Assembly: GCF_001017655.1 (NCBI RefSeq)
Contig: NZ_CP010904.1
Location: forward strand, 480,001-512,000
Direction of reading: 5' to 3'
Origin: Kiritimatiella glycovorans
Lineage (GTDB): Bacteria > Verrucomicrobiota > Kiritimatiellia > Kiritimatiellales > Kiritimatiellaceae
DNA: 32,000 nt
Positions 24,031-32,000 of the stretch are shown here, piece after piece. Within the stretch, counting starts at the first letter, position 1; each line of letters starts with the position of its first letter. The translations under genes were made by a program, and so were the position numbers. The notes beneath the pieces were generated by a model. That model was not told the DNA's origin, did no database searches, and saw nothing but the letters and a program-made list of their open reading frames with translations.

Positions 24031-26013
24031 ACCCGTCTTTCCCCGTTCGGCGGCCCAAACGTCTTTTTTCGGGGGTGTGACCTCCGTTTCGTCCTTTGTT
24101 TTCAAGGGGTCACGTTCCAAAAGGGGCTGTGGGGCAGACCTTGCCGGTTGACGACTTGATTTTCTGTGAAAAAATCGGGTTGTGTATTTGAAGTGCCACA
24201 GGCGACGCAAAGACGGCAAAGAGCACCGCTACTGGAGCATCGTTGAAAGTGTGCGGACCCGGCGCGGCGTCATGAAGCGTCCGCTGCTCTATCTGGGCGA
24301 ACTCAACGACAGCCAGAAGGCTCAATGGTGCTCGGCACTCGACGTGCTGGATGAATCGACCGATTCGGTTCGACAGATAAGCCTGTTCCCGGAAGACCGC
24401 ACGCCGCCGCCGGAGGTGTCCCATCCCGTTCGGATCCGGCTTTCCCGGCTGAGCTTGCATCATCCGCGTCAGTGGGGCGGATGCTGGCTGGCCATGGAGT
24501 TGTGGAACGAGCTGGATCTGGACCGTTTCTGGAGCCCCCGTCTTCCCGCGAGCCGCAAGGGCACCGGCTGGCTCCACGTGCTCAAAACGCTGGTGACCTA
24601 TCGTCTGCTCGATCCGGGCAGCGAGTGGCGGCTGCACCGCGACTGGTTTAAGGCCAGTGCCATGGCGGACCTGCTCGGCGAAGATGAGTCCATCGCGGCC
24701 AAAAACACGCTCTACCGCTGTCTCGATAAACTCGGTGAACACAAAGCCGATCTGTTTTCGTTTCTAAAGACACAGTGGCGCCTGTTGTTCGACGCTTCCT
24801 ACGAGGTGCTGCTTTATGACCTGACCAGCACCTATTTTGAATGCGACGTGCCCGAACGCGAAGGGCTGCGCAAGTTCGGCTACAGTCGGGACAAGCGATC
24901 CGACTGCGTGCAGGTGGTCATTGCGCTGATCGTCACGCCCGAGGGCTTTCCGGTCGCCTACGAGGTGATGCCCGGGAACACCTCGGATAAAACGACCCTG
25001 CCGGACTTCCTGCGCAGGATCGAGGCGCAGTACGGGAAGATGAACCGGCTCTGGATCATGGACCGGGGCATCCCGACCGAGGACGCGCTCGAACAGATGC
25101 GAGCAGAAGGCGCGAGCTATCTGGTGGGCACGCCGCGCGGGCGGCTCAGCAAGCTCGAGGACCAGCTCTTCGGTCAACCGTGGAGGCAGGTGCAGGAGCA
25201 GATCGAGGTCAAGCTGGCCCGCGACGGGGAGGATCTTTACGTCCTCACCCGCAGCGGAAGTCGCTGCGATAAAGAGCGCTCCATGCGACAGCGCAAACTC
25301 AAGAAGCTCTGGAAGCGCCTGCATCAACTGGGGGGCATGAAAAACCTCAAGCGCGACGAACTTTTGCTGAAACTGGGTGCCGCCAAACAGGAAGCGGGCA
25401 AAGCCTGGGGTCTGGTGGACCTCCGCCTTCCCCAACCCCGCGAGGCCGTTACGCCGGAGAGCTTTCACTTCCGGCTGAACCGCAAAAAACTGCGTAAAGC
25501 CCGTCGAGGTGAAGGCACCTACCTGTTGCGCACCAATCTGGCGGCCGAACAGCCCGAAGAGCTGTGGAAGCAATACATGGTCCTGAACGAGGTCGAGCAG
25601 GCCTTCAAGGAGCTGAAGAATGATCTGGATATCCGCCCGGTGTATCACCAGAAGGATGAGCGGATCGAAGCGCACATCTTCGTGTCATTTTTGAGCTACG
25701 CTCTGCAAGTCACGCTGAAACAGCGGGCCAAAGCCAGGGCCCCGGGCTTGACCCCCCGCGCCATCCTGGAAAAGTTCAAAGCCGTGCAGATGATCGATGT
25801 GCACCTGCCCACGACCGACGGGCGCACCCTGATCCTGCCGCGCTACACGCAACCGGAGAAAGACCTTCAGCTTCTGCTGCACCAGCTCAACCTGACGCTT
25901 CCGGAACAACCACCCCCTCGGCTTGAAGAGCTGAAGAAAAAATGTGGGGCAGACCTTTGAACTGAAATCGAAGAAAAAAGGCGTTTTCGCCGCCGAACAG
26001 GGAAAGACGGGGT
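24031..26013 (+). mobile_element. IS1634-family-like insertion sequence (about 1.98 kb) with imperfect terminal inverted repeats of about 41-45 bp
   Basis: The left end 24031-24071 (ACCCGTCTTTCCCCGTTCGGCGGCCCAAACGTCTTTTTTCG) matches the reverse complement of 25969-26013 at 36 aligned positions, with 4 mismatches and one 1-nt indel. It encloses a single DDE transposase ORF. No clear target-site duplication was found, so the boundaries are uncertain by a few nt. Confidence 0.6.
24182..25960 (+). CDS. IS1634-family (IS4-like) DDE transposase
   Basis: The N-terminus MYLKCHRRRKDGKEHRYWSIVESVRTRRG...LLYLGELNDSQKAQW is characteristic of IS1634-type transposases. DDE-region motifs are LLYDLTSTYFE, LWIMDRGIPTE and NEVEQAFKELKNDLDIRPVYH. 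The start codon is GTG. Confidence 0.8.
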   Translation: MYLKCHRRRKDGKEHRYWSIVESVRTRRGVMKRPLLYLGELNDSQKAQWCSALDVLDESTDSVRQISLFPEDRTPPPEVSHPVRIRLSRLSLHHPRQWGGCWLAMELWNELDLDRFWSPRLPASRKGTGWLHVLKTLVTYRLLDPGSEWRLHRDWFKASAMADLLGEDESIAAKNTLYRCLDKLGEHKADLFSFLKTQWRLLFDASYEVLLYDLTSTYFECDVPEREGLRKFGYSRDKRSDCVQVVIALIVTPEGFPVAYEVMPGNTSDKTTLPDFLRRIEAQYGKMNRLWIMDRGIPTEDALEQMRAEGASYLVGTPRGRLSKLEDQLFGQPWRQVQEQIEVKLARDGEDLYVLTRSGSRCDKERSMRQRKLKKLWKRLHQLGGMKNLKRDELLLKLGAAKQEAGKAWGLVDLRLPQPREAVTPESFHFRLNRKKLRKARRGEGTYLLRTNLAAEQPEELWKQYMVLNEVEQAFKELKNDLDIRPVYHQKDERIEAHIFVSFLSYALQVTLKQRAKARAPGLTPRAILEKFKAVQMIDVHLPTTDGRTLILPRYTQPEKDLQLLLHQLNLTLPEQPPPRLEELKKKCGADL

Positions 26014-26092
26014 AAGACTGGGAGGGAGTGGACCCGACCGGGCAGCCGGTATCCGCTCAACGACGAGGCCTTTAAGCGGGTTGAGCCCCCGG

Positions 26093-26491
26093 TCATTTCA
26101 AGATGCTGAAGAAGGGAAGTTTGGTGGCCTTCCTGTCGAAGGTGATACCCGCATCGCATCCAGAGGCCTCGGCCGCGTGGCCAATGACGATATCCGCCAG
26201 CTCTGCATGGTATTTCGGCCCGTCATTCAGGAGACCCTCGATAACGCGATCGGCCTCGAACTCAAATACGGGCATCTGTCGCATGTCTTCAATGGAACCC
26301 AGTATTTCGGATCTCGTCTTTTCATACGCGCTTTCCAGAACCCAGATAGTTTCCAGGACGACAAGCAACGGGATTCTCAGGCGTTCACGTCGATCTTCCG
26401 CCTGCTTGAGGCGCTTGCGGACGGCTTCTGCCTGTCTTTCATCGTCCCGGACAAGGAATCGTACAATGACGTTCGTATCAACCGCGATCAT
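26093..26491 (-). CDS. vapC: PIN-domain toxin, VapC family
   Basis: MIAVDTNVIVRFL (Asp5), VVLETIW (Glu) and the ADIVIGHAA acidic residues fit the PIN fold. ATGA overlap with the upstream antitoxin gene. Confidence 0.8.
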   Translation of the reverse strand: MIAVDTNVIVRFLVRDDERQAEAVRKRLKQAEDRRERLRIPLLVVLETIWVLESAYEKTRSEILGSIEDMRQMPVFEFEADRVIEGLLNDGPKYHAELADIVIGHAAEASGCDAGITFDRKATKLPFFSILK

Positions 26492-26736
26492 CCCTTTCGC
26501 TCCCGCATTCGTTTCGCCACGGCCGCGTTCATCTCCTCTACGCTCTTTCGCCGTTGCCCGGGGCTGTGAAGCCGCCCAAACACCTCATCCACGGACTTCG
26601 TCACCGGCTTCAGTACAGCTTCTGCATCGCCGTGGACAATGAATGCAATGCGGTCGCCGGTGTGGAGATGGAGAGAATCCCGGACCGCCTTGGGAACAGT
26701 GAGTTGCCCCTTGCTCGTCAAAGTCGCCGTTACCAT
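26488..26736 (-). CDS. vapB: AbrB/SpoVT/MazE-fold antitoxin, VapB family
   Basis: MVTATLTSKGQLTVPKAVRDSLHLHTGDRIAF is a SpoVT-AbrB swapped-hairpin motif. ATG at 26736 has an AAGGAGG SD at 6-nt spacing. The TTG at 26742 in the ORF track is not needed. Confidence 0.75.
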   Translation of the reverse strand: MVTATLTSKGQLTVPKAVRDSLHLHTGDRIAFIVHGDAEAVLKPVTKSVDEVFGRLHSPGQRRKSVEEMNAAVAKRMRERKG

Positions 26737-26857
26737 GCACAACCTCCTTACTTCTCATGTTTTCCTTACATGGTGGTAAGTATTGGTTGGCCAGTCAAGA
26801 TGCATTTATGACGCAACGAATATCGACGGGGACGATTCCGATGCCTCTCCGTTCCGC

Positions 26858-28612
26858 CTAGCCCCGCTCCTGCCCGAACTGCATGTCGTGAAAGTAGCGG
26901 TAGAGGCCGTCGCGGCCGATGAGTTCGCCGTGGGTGCCGATTTCCGCGATCTGTCCGCGCTCGAGCACGACGATCTTGTCCGCGTGCTGGATGGTTGAGA
27001 GGCGGTGGGCGATGACGAACACGGTGCGTCCGCTCATCAGTTCGTCGAGCGCCTCCTGGACCAGGCGTTCGGACTCGGTGTCCAGCGCGCTGGTCGCTTC
27101 GTCGAGAATCAGGATCGGCGGGTTGCGGAGGAGGGCGCGGGCGATGGCGATGCGCTGGGCCTGGCCTCCGGAGAGGCGGGTTCCCTGCTCGCCGATCACG
27201 GTGTCGTACGCCTGGCCCATCTGCTCGATGAAGACGTGGGCGTTGGCGCGGCGGGCGGCGTCGACTACCGCTTCCCGGGTTGCGTCGGCGCAGCCGTAGG
27301 CGATGTTGTTGTGGACGGTCTCGTTGAACAGGATCGTGTTCTGGGTGACCAGGCCCATATGGCGCCGGAGCGAGGCGATCCGGTATTCGCGCAGGTCACG
27401 GCCGTTGATCTTCACCCCTCCGCCGGTGACGTCGAAGAAGCGGGGCAGGAGGTTGACCAGGGTGGTTTTGCCCGCGCCCGAGCTGCCCACGAGCGCCACG
27501 CAGTCGCCGGCCTTCACCTCGAGCGTGACGTCCTTCAGGATGTCCTCCTCGCCGTAGGAGAAGGTGACGTGATCGAAGCGGATATCCCGGATCGGGCTCT
27601 CGAGATCGACCGCATCGGGGCGGTCGGCGACCGTTGCTTCGGTATCGAGGATTTCAAAGATACGGTCGGCCCCGGCGGCGCTGCGCTGGACGCGCATGTG
27701 GATCCGGCTGAGATTGCGCGCGGGCCGGTACATGACGAGGATGCCCGAGGCGAACGCGACCAGACCTTCGGTGGACATGCCGGTGTAGTAGGCGTAGAGC
27801 ATGACCAGTGAGAGTCCGACGGCGGAGAAGGTGACCATGATCGGATCGAGCATGGCCCGGGCGCGGGTGATGCGCATCAGCCGCTTGAAAATCTGCCTGT
27901 TGTGGCCCGCGAAGCGGGCGAGCTCCTGCTCCTCCATGCTGAAGGCCTTGACGATCTGCGCGCCCCAGATCGATTCCTGAAGCACGGAGGTCAGGTCGCC
28001 CAGCTTCTGCTGGCCCTGCTTCGCGCTCTTTCGGACCTTGCGGCCGAGCACGACGACGGGGAGCACGCAGATCGGGAAGAGGATCAGCACGAAGAGCGCG
28101 AGCAGCGGATCGCGGTAGACCAGGAATCCCGCCGCGCCGACCAGGACGAAGGGTTCGCGGCAGAGGTCGCCCACTACATGGGAGACGAGTTGCTGAATCA
28201 GACCGGTATCACTGTTTACGCGTGAAATCAGGTCTCCCGCCCGGCTTCGGTTGAAGAACAGCATGGGGAGGTTGTGCAGGTGACGGAAGAGGTCATTGCG
28301 GAGGTCCATGACCACGCGCAGGCCGACCCATTGGACAAAATACTTGCTCAGGAAGTAGCCTGCCCCACGTAGGATCGCGAGCGTCGGGAACAGAAGGAGC
28401 ATGCCGAGCAGCGCGGGCAGCGAGTAGTCGGAAGGGCTCGACGTGCGCTCCAGCGAGGACTCGATCAGCGGCAGCAGTGCGGTGGTCGAACTCCCGAAGA
28501 GCATGCCGCAGAGAATGCCGAGCGCGAGGCGCCAGCGGTAGGGACGCGCATAGGCCAGCAGGCGGCGGTAGCTCGCCCACTCGCCGGCCACGGAGTGTGC
28601 CGATCGACTCAT
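26858..28612 (-). CDS. ABC exporter, fused permease/ATPase, MsbA-like
   Basis: Six-TM N-terminal domain (YRRLLAYARPYRWRLALGILCGMLFG...). Walker A GSSGAGKTT, signature LSGGQAQR, Walker B ILILDEATSALD. The start overlaps the trxB stop (ATGA at 28609-28612). Confidence 0.8.
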   Translation of the reverse strand: MSRSAHSVAGEWASYRRLLAYARPYRWRLALGILCGMLFGSSTTALLPLIESSLERTSSPSDYSLPALLGMLLLFPTLAILRGAGYFLSKYFVQWVGLRVVMDLRNDLFRHLHNLPMLFFNRSRAGDLISRVNSDTGLIQQLVSHVVGDLCREPFVLVGAAGFLVYRDPLLALFVLILFPICVLPVVVLGRKVRKSAKQGQQKLGDLTSVLQESIWGAQIVKAFSMEEQELARFAGHNRQIFKRLMRITRARAMLDPIMVTFSAVGLSLVMLYAYYTGMSTEGLVAFASGILVMYRPARNLSRIHMRVQRSAAGADRIFEILDTEATVADRPDAVDLESPIRDIRFDHVTFSYGEEDILKDVTLEVKAGDCVALVGSSGAGKTTLVNLLPRFFDVTGGGVKINGRDLREYRIASLRRHMGLVTQNTILFNETVHNNIAYGCADATREAVVDAARRANAHVFIEQMGQAYDTVIGEQGTRLSGGQAQRIAIARALLRNPPILILDEATSALDTESERLVQEALDELMSGRTVFVIAHRLSTIQHADKIVVLERGQIAEIGTHGELIGRDGLYRYFHDMQFGQERG

Positions 28613-29532
28613 TCGCGGTTCGCCTCGATGTAGCGCTCGGCCTCCAGTGCCGCCATGCAGCCGCTCCCGGCCGCGGTGACCGCCTGGCGGTAGACGGCGT
28701 CCTGTACGTCACCCGCGGCGAAGACGCCGTCGACATGGGTACGGGTGCCGTCGGCGTGCAGGTATCCTTTGCCATCCATCTCCAGCTGACCCCTGAAGGC
28801 ATCCGTGTTGGGCTTGTGTCCGATCGCGAGGAAGAGTCCCTCGACCTCGAGTCGGCGGACCTCGTCCTTTTCCCGGTCCCTGAGCTGTACGCCGGTGACC
28901 CGGTTTTCGTCCACGCCGAGAACCTCCTCGACGACGGAGTTCCAGATGAATTCGATCTTATCGTTCGCGGACGCCCGGTCGGCCATGATCTTCGAGGCGC
29001 GCAGTTCGTCGCGCCGGTGGACCACATAAACCTTCGAGGCGAATTTGGTCAGAAACGTTGCTTCCTCCATGGCGGTGTCGCCGCCTCCGACCACGGCCAC
29101 GGGCACGTCACGGAAAAAGGCGCCGTCGCACGTTGCGCAGGCGGAGACGCCGCGGCCGATGAGCTTCTGCTCGGAGTCCAGTCCGAGATATTTCGCGCGC
29201 GCCCCGGTGGCGATAATGACGGCCGTGGCCTCAAGGGTCTCGCCGTTGGTCAGCACGACCTTTTTCGTGTCCCCGGAGAAATCCGAATCCTTCGCCGAAG
29301 CCATGACGAAGCGGGTGCCGAACCGTTCGGCCTGCTGATGCATCCTCTGCATCAGTTCGGAGCCGTCGATGGCTTCGGGAAATCCGGGATAGTTCTCCAC
29401 TTCCGTGGTGGTGGTGAGCTGACCGCCGGGCTGATCCCCCTCCACGACCACGGGCTCGAGGTCCGCCCGCGCCGCGTAGACGGCCGCCGTGAGGCCGGCG
29501 CTGCCGGTTCCGAGAATGACGAGGTTTTCCAT
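28609..29532 (-). CDS. trxB: Thioredoxin-disulfide reductase
   Basis: FAD motif ILGTGSAGLTAA. Redox-active CATCDG. NADPH motifs VVGGGDTAMEEA and HRRDELRA. 307 aa. An AAGGAG SD lies upstream. Confidence 0.9.
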   Translation of the reverse strand: MENLVILGTGSAGLTAAVYAARADLEPVVVEGDQPGGQLTTTTEVENYPGFPEAIDGSELMQRMHQQAERFGTRFVMASAKDSDFSGDTKKVVLTNGETLEATAVIIATGARAKYLGLDSEQKLIGRGVSACATCDGAFFRDVPVAVVGGGDTAMEEATFLTKFASKVYVVHRRDELRASKIMADRASANDKIEFIWNSVVEEVLGVDENRVTGVQLRDREKDEVRRLEVEGLFLAIGHKPNTDAFRGQLEMDGKGYLHADGTRTHVDGVFAAGDVQDAVYRQAVTAAGSGCMAALEAERYIEANRE

Positions 29533-29691
29533 CAGGCAACTCCTTTGACGTTATGCGGGATTTCCAGTCCGCGAAGCGGTCCGGATCCCCTCCGGACAAG
29601 CGGCCCGCAATGGTAGGAGGGCGCGCGGGTGAAGACAAATCAATTCGCCGATTGAACGCAAACCGCGCCCGGATGTACTATTACGGGTGAG

Positions 29692-30876
29692 ATGAAAAGA
29701 CGGGCACACATTCTGGCTGCGGCGTGCGCTGTTCTGGCGTCGCTCTGCTCCGTCGCCGGAGAGGCGCAGGAGGAGGCGAAGGAAAAAAGTTCTGTCGATC
29801 CCGAGCGCATGGAGCGCATCCGGCGGAGGTTTGGCCGCGCCGGCGAGGAGGTCGGGGACGAGGCGCCCGGCGATATGCCGGACCTTCCCTATGACCCGGA
29901 ACTCCTGAAACAGCTCCCGCCCGGGCGCGCCGCGGACTCGGGACTCAAGGGCGAAGCCCTGGAGGGCGGCCGCGCGGGGGTGCAGGGCGCGCCGGTCATG
30001 GTGCGTCGCGAAAAGCCGGAGAAGGATTCCGGCTGGCTGGTCGATGCCGTGCTGGGCCGGACCAACGGGGCTTCCTCCGCTTCACAGGGCGATGACGGAT
30101 GGGGCTGGCTGTACGGGGAGATGAAGCGTCAGCGCGACGGCTATCCCGGTGAGGACGAAAAAAGCGCCTATTCGCCGACCAACCGCCTCTTTACGAGGAC
30201 CAACCGTTTCGGCGCGCTGCAGCACCGGCGCAGTCCGGGGCTGATCGGGGCTCGGACAGAGGATCCGGAGACTCCGCAGGAGGCGGGACCGCCGCTTCCC
30301 TCGACCAATCGCTTCATGGTGGGCAAGGCGCCCTCCGAGTGGCTGAAGGCCCCGGAAGAGGGAGAGCGGAGCGCGACACGTCCGGTGGCGGTCAAATCGA
30401 TGTCGGACTGGACCGAGGGTTGGCGCACCGCCATCTCAATGGAACGGACGCGCGAGCAGCTTTACGGGACCGGGGTCGGCACGCCGGGTCGTGACGCTTC
30501 CGCGGCCGAACGCGATACGTCGGCATCCAGCTTCGGAGCACTGACCCCCATGGATGCGACGCGGAGCGGAGGCGACTTCTCCTTCACGGCGGCGCGGGAA
30601 CCTGATCGCGGGAGCCTGACCGGAGACCGCAGTCCGCAGTCGGCTGCGGGCCAAAGTCAGGACCGCAGGTTCCGGTCGTCATCGCTTGAACCCGACCTTT
30701 CCGGGCGTCAGGAAATGAGGACGGAGCCGGGGCGCGGCAACGAATTCCGCCGGCCGGAGGCCCCGAAGCGGAGCAGAATCTTTTCGGAACTCCGCAGGGC
30801 ACCGGAACTGTCGTCGGAGTCCGACCCCTTCGAATCCGACCTGCTGAAGATACGCAAAGGCGTCTGGGACGAATAA
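29692..30876 (+). CDS. Hypothetical secreted protein, largely low-complexity/disordered
   Basis: The signal peptide is MKRRAHILAAACAVLASLCSVAGEAQ. The rest is rich in R/E/G/S/P with no recognisable domain. It is the only long ORF in this interval, and its coding status rests mainly on the signal peptide and length. Confidence 0.45.
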   Translation: MKRRAHILAAACAVLASLCSVAGEAQEEAKEKSSVDPERMERIRRRFGRAGEEVGDEAPGDMPDLPYDPELLKQLPPGRAADSGLKGEALEGGRAGVQGAPVMVRREKPEKDSGWLVDAVLGRTNGASSASQGDDGWGWLYGEMKRQRDGYPGEDEKSAYSPTNRLFTRTNRFGALQHRRSPGLIGARTEDPETPQEAGPPLPSTNRFMVGKAPSEWLKAPEEGERSATRPVAVKSMSDWTEGWRTAISMERTREQLYGTGVGTPGRDASAAERDTSASSFGALTPMDATRSGGDFSFTAAREPDRGSLTGDRSPQSAAGQSQDRRFRSSSLEPDLSGRQEMRTEPGRGNEFRRPEAPKRSRIFSELRRAPELSSESDPFESDLLKIRKGVWDE

Positions 30877-30911
30877 TCCACGAAGAACCGAAAAAAGTGG
30901 CATTCCTCCGG

Positions 30912-30940
30912 TTGACACCGCATCGGCGCTTATATACATT
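30912..30940 (+). promoter_or_regulatory. Candidate sigma70-type promoter for rplM-rpsI (TTGACA-17-TACATT)
   Basis: TTGACA at 30912-30917. TACATT at 30935-30940. It lies about 38 nt upstream of the rplM ATG. Confidence 0.4.
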
Positions 30941-30977
30941 CCCCGTTTCGCAACTGCATCCCAGAGGGAACTGTACG

Positions 30978-31412
30978 ATGAAGACCACCATGCCCAGAGA
31001 GACCGGCGCGCAGCGTCGCTGGATCATCATTGACGCTGCGGGACAGCCGCTCGGCCGTCTGGCGACGTTCATCGCCGACCGCCTGCGCGGCAAGGACCGG
31101 CCCACCTTCACCCCCCATCTGGATACCGGGGCGTTCGTGATCGTGACGAACGCGTCGCAGGTAAAACTGACCGGCCGCAAGGAGTCCGCCAAGATGTATC
31201 AGGATTACTCGGGATATCCGAGCGGACTGAAAAAGACCCCGGCGGGCCGGATGCGCGCGCGCCATCCCGACCGCATGATCACCCGCGCGGTGTGGGGCAT
31301 GATCCCCAAAAACCGCCTCGGACGGAGCATCATCCGCCGGCTTAAGGTCTATCCCGGCGCGGAGCATCCCCATGCCGCCCAGCAACCCGAAGCGGTCGAA
31401 TTCAAGGCTTAA
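30978..31412 (+). CDS. rplM: 50S ribosomal protein L13
   Basis: RRWIIIDAAGQPLGRLATFIADRLRGKDRPTFTPHLDTGAFVIVTNA...YSGYPSGLK is canonical L13. ATG at 30978 has an AGAGGGA SD. The ORF-track extension to 30897 is not used. Confidence 0.9.
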   Translation: MKTTMPRETGAQRRWIIIDAAGQPLGRLATFIADRLRGKDRPTFTPHLDTGAFVIVTNASQVKLTGRKESAKMYQDYSGYPSGLKKTPAGRMRARHPDRMITRAVWGMIPKNRLGRSIIRRLKVYPGAEHPHAAQQPEAVEFKA

Positions 31413-31424
31413 GGAGCGAAACGC

Positions 31425-31826
31425 ATGAGCGCACAGCAGACCACTTCCTTCAGCGCAACCGGCCGCCGCAAAACCGCCGTGGCCCGCGCGGAGCTCATCC
31501 CGGGCAAAGGGAGCATCGAAGTCAACGGCCACGACTCGAAACATTTTTTCGACGGTGTATTGATGCACGAGGCGCTTATGGCGCCGCTCAAGGTCACCGA
31601 TACCGCCGATGCCTATGATATTTCGCTCAAGGTAAAGGGCGGCGGAAAGTCCGGTCAGGCCGGAGCCGCGGCCCATGCCATCGCCCGGGCGCTCGTTGCG
31701 GCCGACGAGTCGCTGAAACCCGAATTGAAAAAGGGCGGTTTTCTCACCCGTGACCCGCGCATGAAGGAACGCAAAAAGCCGGGTCAGCCGGGCGCACGCA
31801 AAAAGTATCAGTTCTCGAAGCGCTGA
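31425..31826 (+). CDS. rpsI: 30S ribosomal protein S9
   Basis: ATGRRKTAVARAELIPGKGSIEVNG...GGGKSGQAGAAAHAIARAL...FLTRDPRMKERKKPGQPGARKKYQFSKR is canonical S9. It starts 12 nt after rplM. Confidence 0.9.
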   Translation: MSAQQTTSFSATGRRKTAVARAELIPGKGSIEVNGHDSKHFFDGVLMHEALMAPLKVTDTADAYDISLKVKGGGKSGQAGAAAHAIARALVAADESLKPELKKGGFLTRDPRMKERKKPGQPGARKKYQFSKR

Positions 31827-31853
31827 CGGCCCGCGCTGCGGCGATCATTCAAA

Positions 31854-31883
31854 CCTCCGCGGCCACGCCGTGGAGGTTTTTTT
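31854..31883 (+). terminator. Rho-independent terminator after rpsI
   Basis: CCTCCGCGG-CCACG-CCGTGGAGG (9-bp stem including one G-U pair, 31854-31876) followed by T7 (31877-31883). Confidence 0.75.
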
Positions 31884-31910
31884 CGGGGGCTGTGTGGAGG
31901 AGGCTCGATT

Positions 31911-32000
31911 ATGAATGCGGCATCGTCCCCGCCCCGCTGGCCCGCCGGTTTCCGGTCCGTGAGCGGATGCTGCGGTATCAAGGCCGCAGACCATGCCGAC
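31911..32000 (+). CDS. argJ: N-terminal 30 codons of a probable bifunctional ornithine acetyltransferase/N-acetylglutamate synthase (ArgJ-like); truncated by the window end
   Basis: MNAASSPPRWPAGFRSVSGCCGIKAADHAD, read by hand from the sequence, has the P-x-GF...G-x-x-GIK pattern typical of ArgJ N-termini. A GGAGGAGG SD lies 7 nt upstream. Only 90 nt are available. Confidence 0.4.
   Translation, partial: MNAASSPPRWPAGFRSVSGCCGIKAADHAD

Noticed and set aside
23851-24219. 122-aa minus-strand ORF with a (Ser-Asp)n run
   Set aside because: The SD-repeat is the translation of the (GTCAGA)n microsatellite. The ORF also spans the IS inverted repeat and the ACAD upstream region, and it has no SD.
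24128-25957. The 15-bp direct repeat TGTGGGGCAGACCTT as the target-site duplication of the IS
   Set aside because: The right copy lies inside the transposase reading frame, and both copies are internal to the long inverted repeats. They are therefore part of the element, not duplicated target.

Overview
This is a high-GC (roughly 65%) bacterial chromosomal segment. All family calls come from motifs read in the supplied translations; no database search was run.

Gene content suggests an anaerobic glycan-degrading PVC-group organism (Kiritimatiellota, Lentisphaerota or Planctomycetota-like). That placement is a guess. It rests on three Tat-signal Cys-type sulfatases, a DUF1559 (H-X9-DG) pseudopilin, and GH127-like, GH2 and GH130 enzymes.

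Layout, left to right:
- 18-2510: a secreted GH127-like hydrolase.
- 2622-2978: a gene remnant.
- 3007-3248: a 41-bp tandem hairpin-repeat array.
- 3262-6547, minus strand: a glycyl-radical enzyme (GRE) with its radical-SAM activase.
- 6690-7538: a divergent AraC regulator.
- 7746-11021: two divergent sulfatases.
- 11408-12202: a pseudopilin-like gene.
- 12336-14888: a GH2 beta-mannosidase-like gene.
- 14955-22535: a LacI regulator divergent from a tightly packed operon of SIS isomerase, two URO-D-fold proteins, a HAD protein, GH130 and a sulfatase.
- 22676-23839: an acyl-CoA dehydrogenase.
- 23962-26736: a hexanucleotide microsatellite, an IS1634-like element and a vapBC toxin-antitoxin pair.
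- 26858-32000: housekeeping genes, namely a trxB / MsbA-like ABC exporter pair, a secreted hypothetical, rplM-rpsI, and the start of an argJ-like gene.

The most interesting candidates are:
1. The AraC-GRE-activase cassette sitting inside a sulfatase/CAZyme island, with no canonical downstream pathway genes in the window.
2. The LacI-linked operon that places two URO-D-fold proteins of unknown role between sugar-phosphate enzymes and a GH130 enzyme.

The many long ORFs antisense to these genes are treated as high-GC shadow ORFs.
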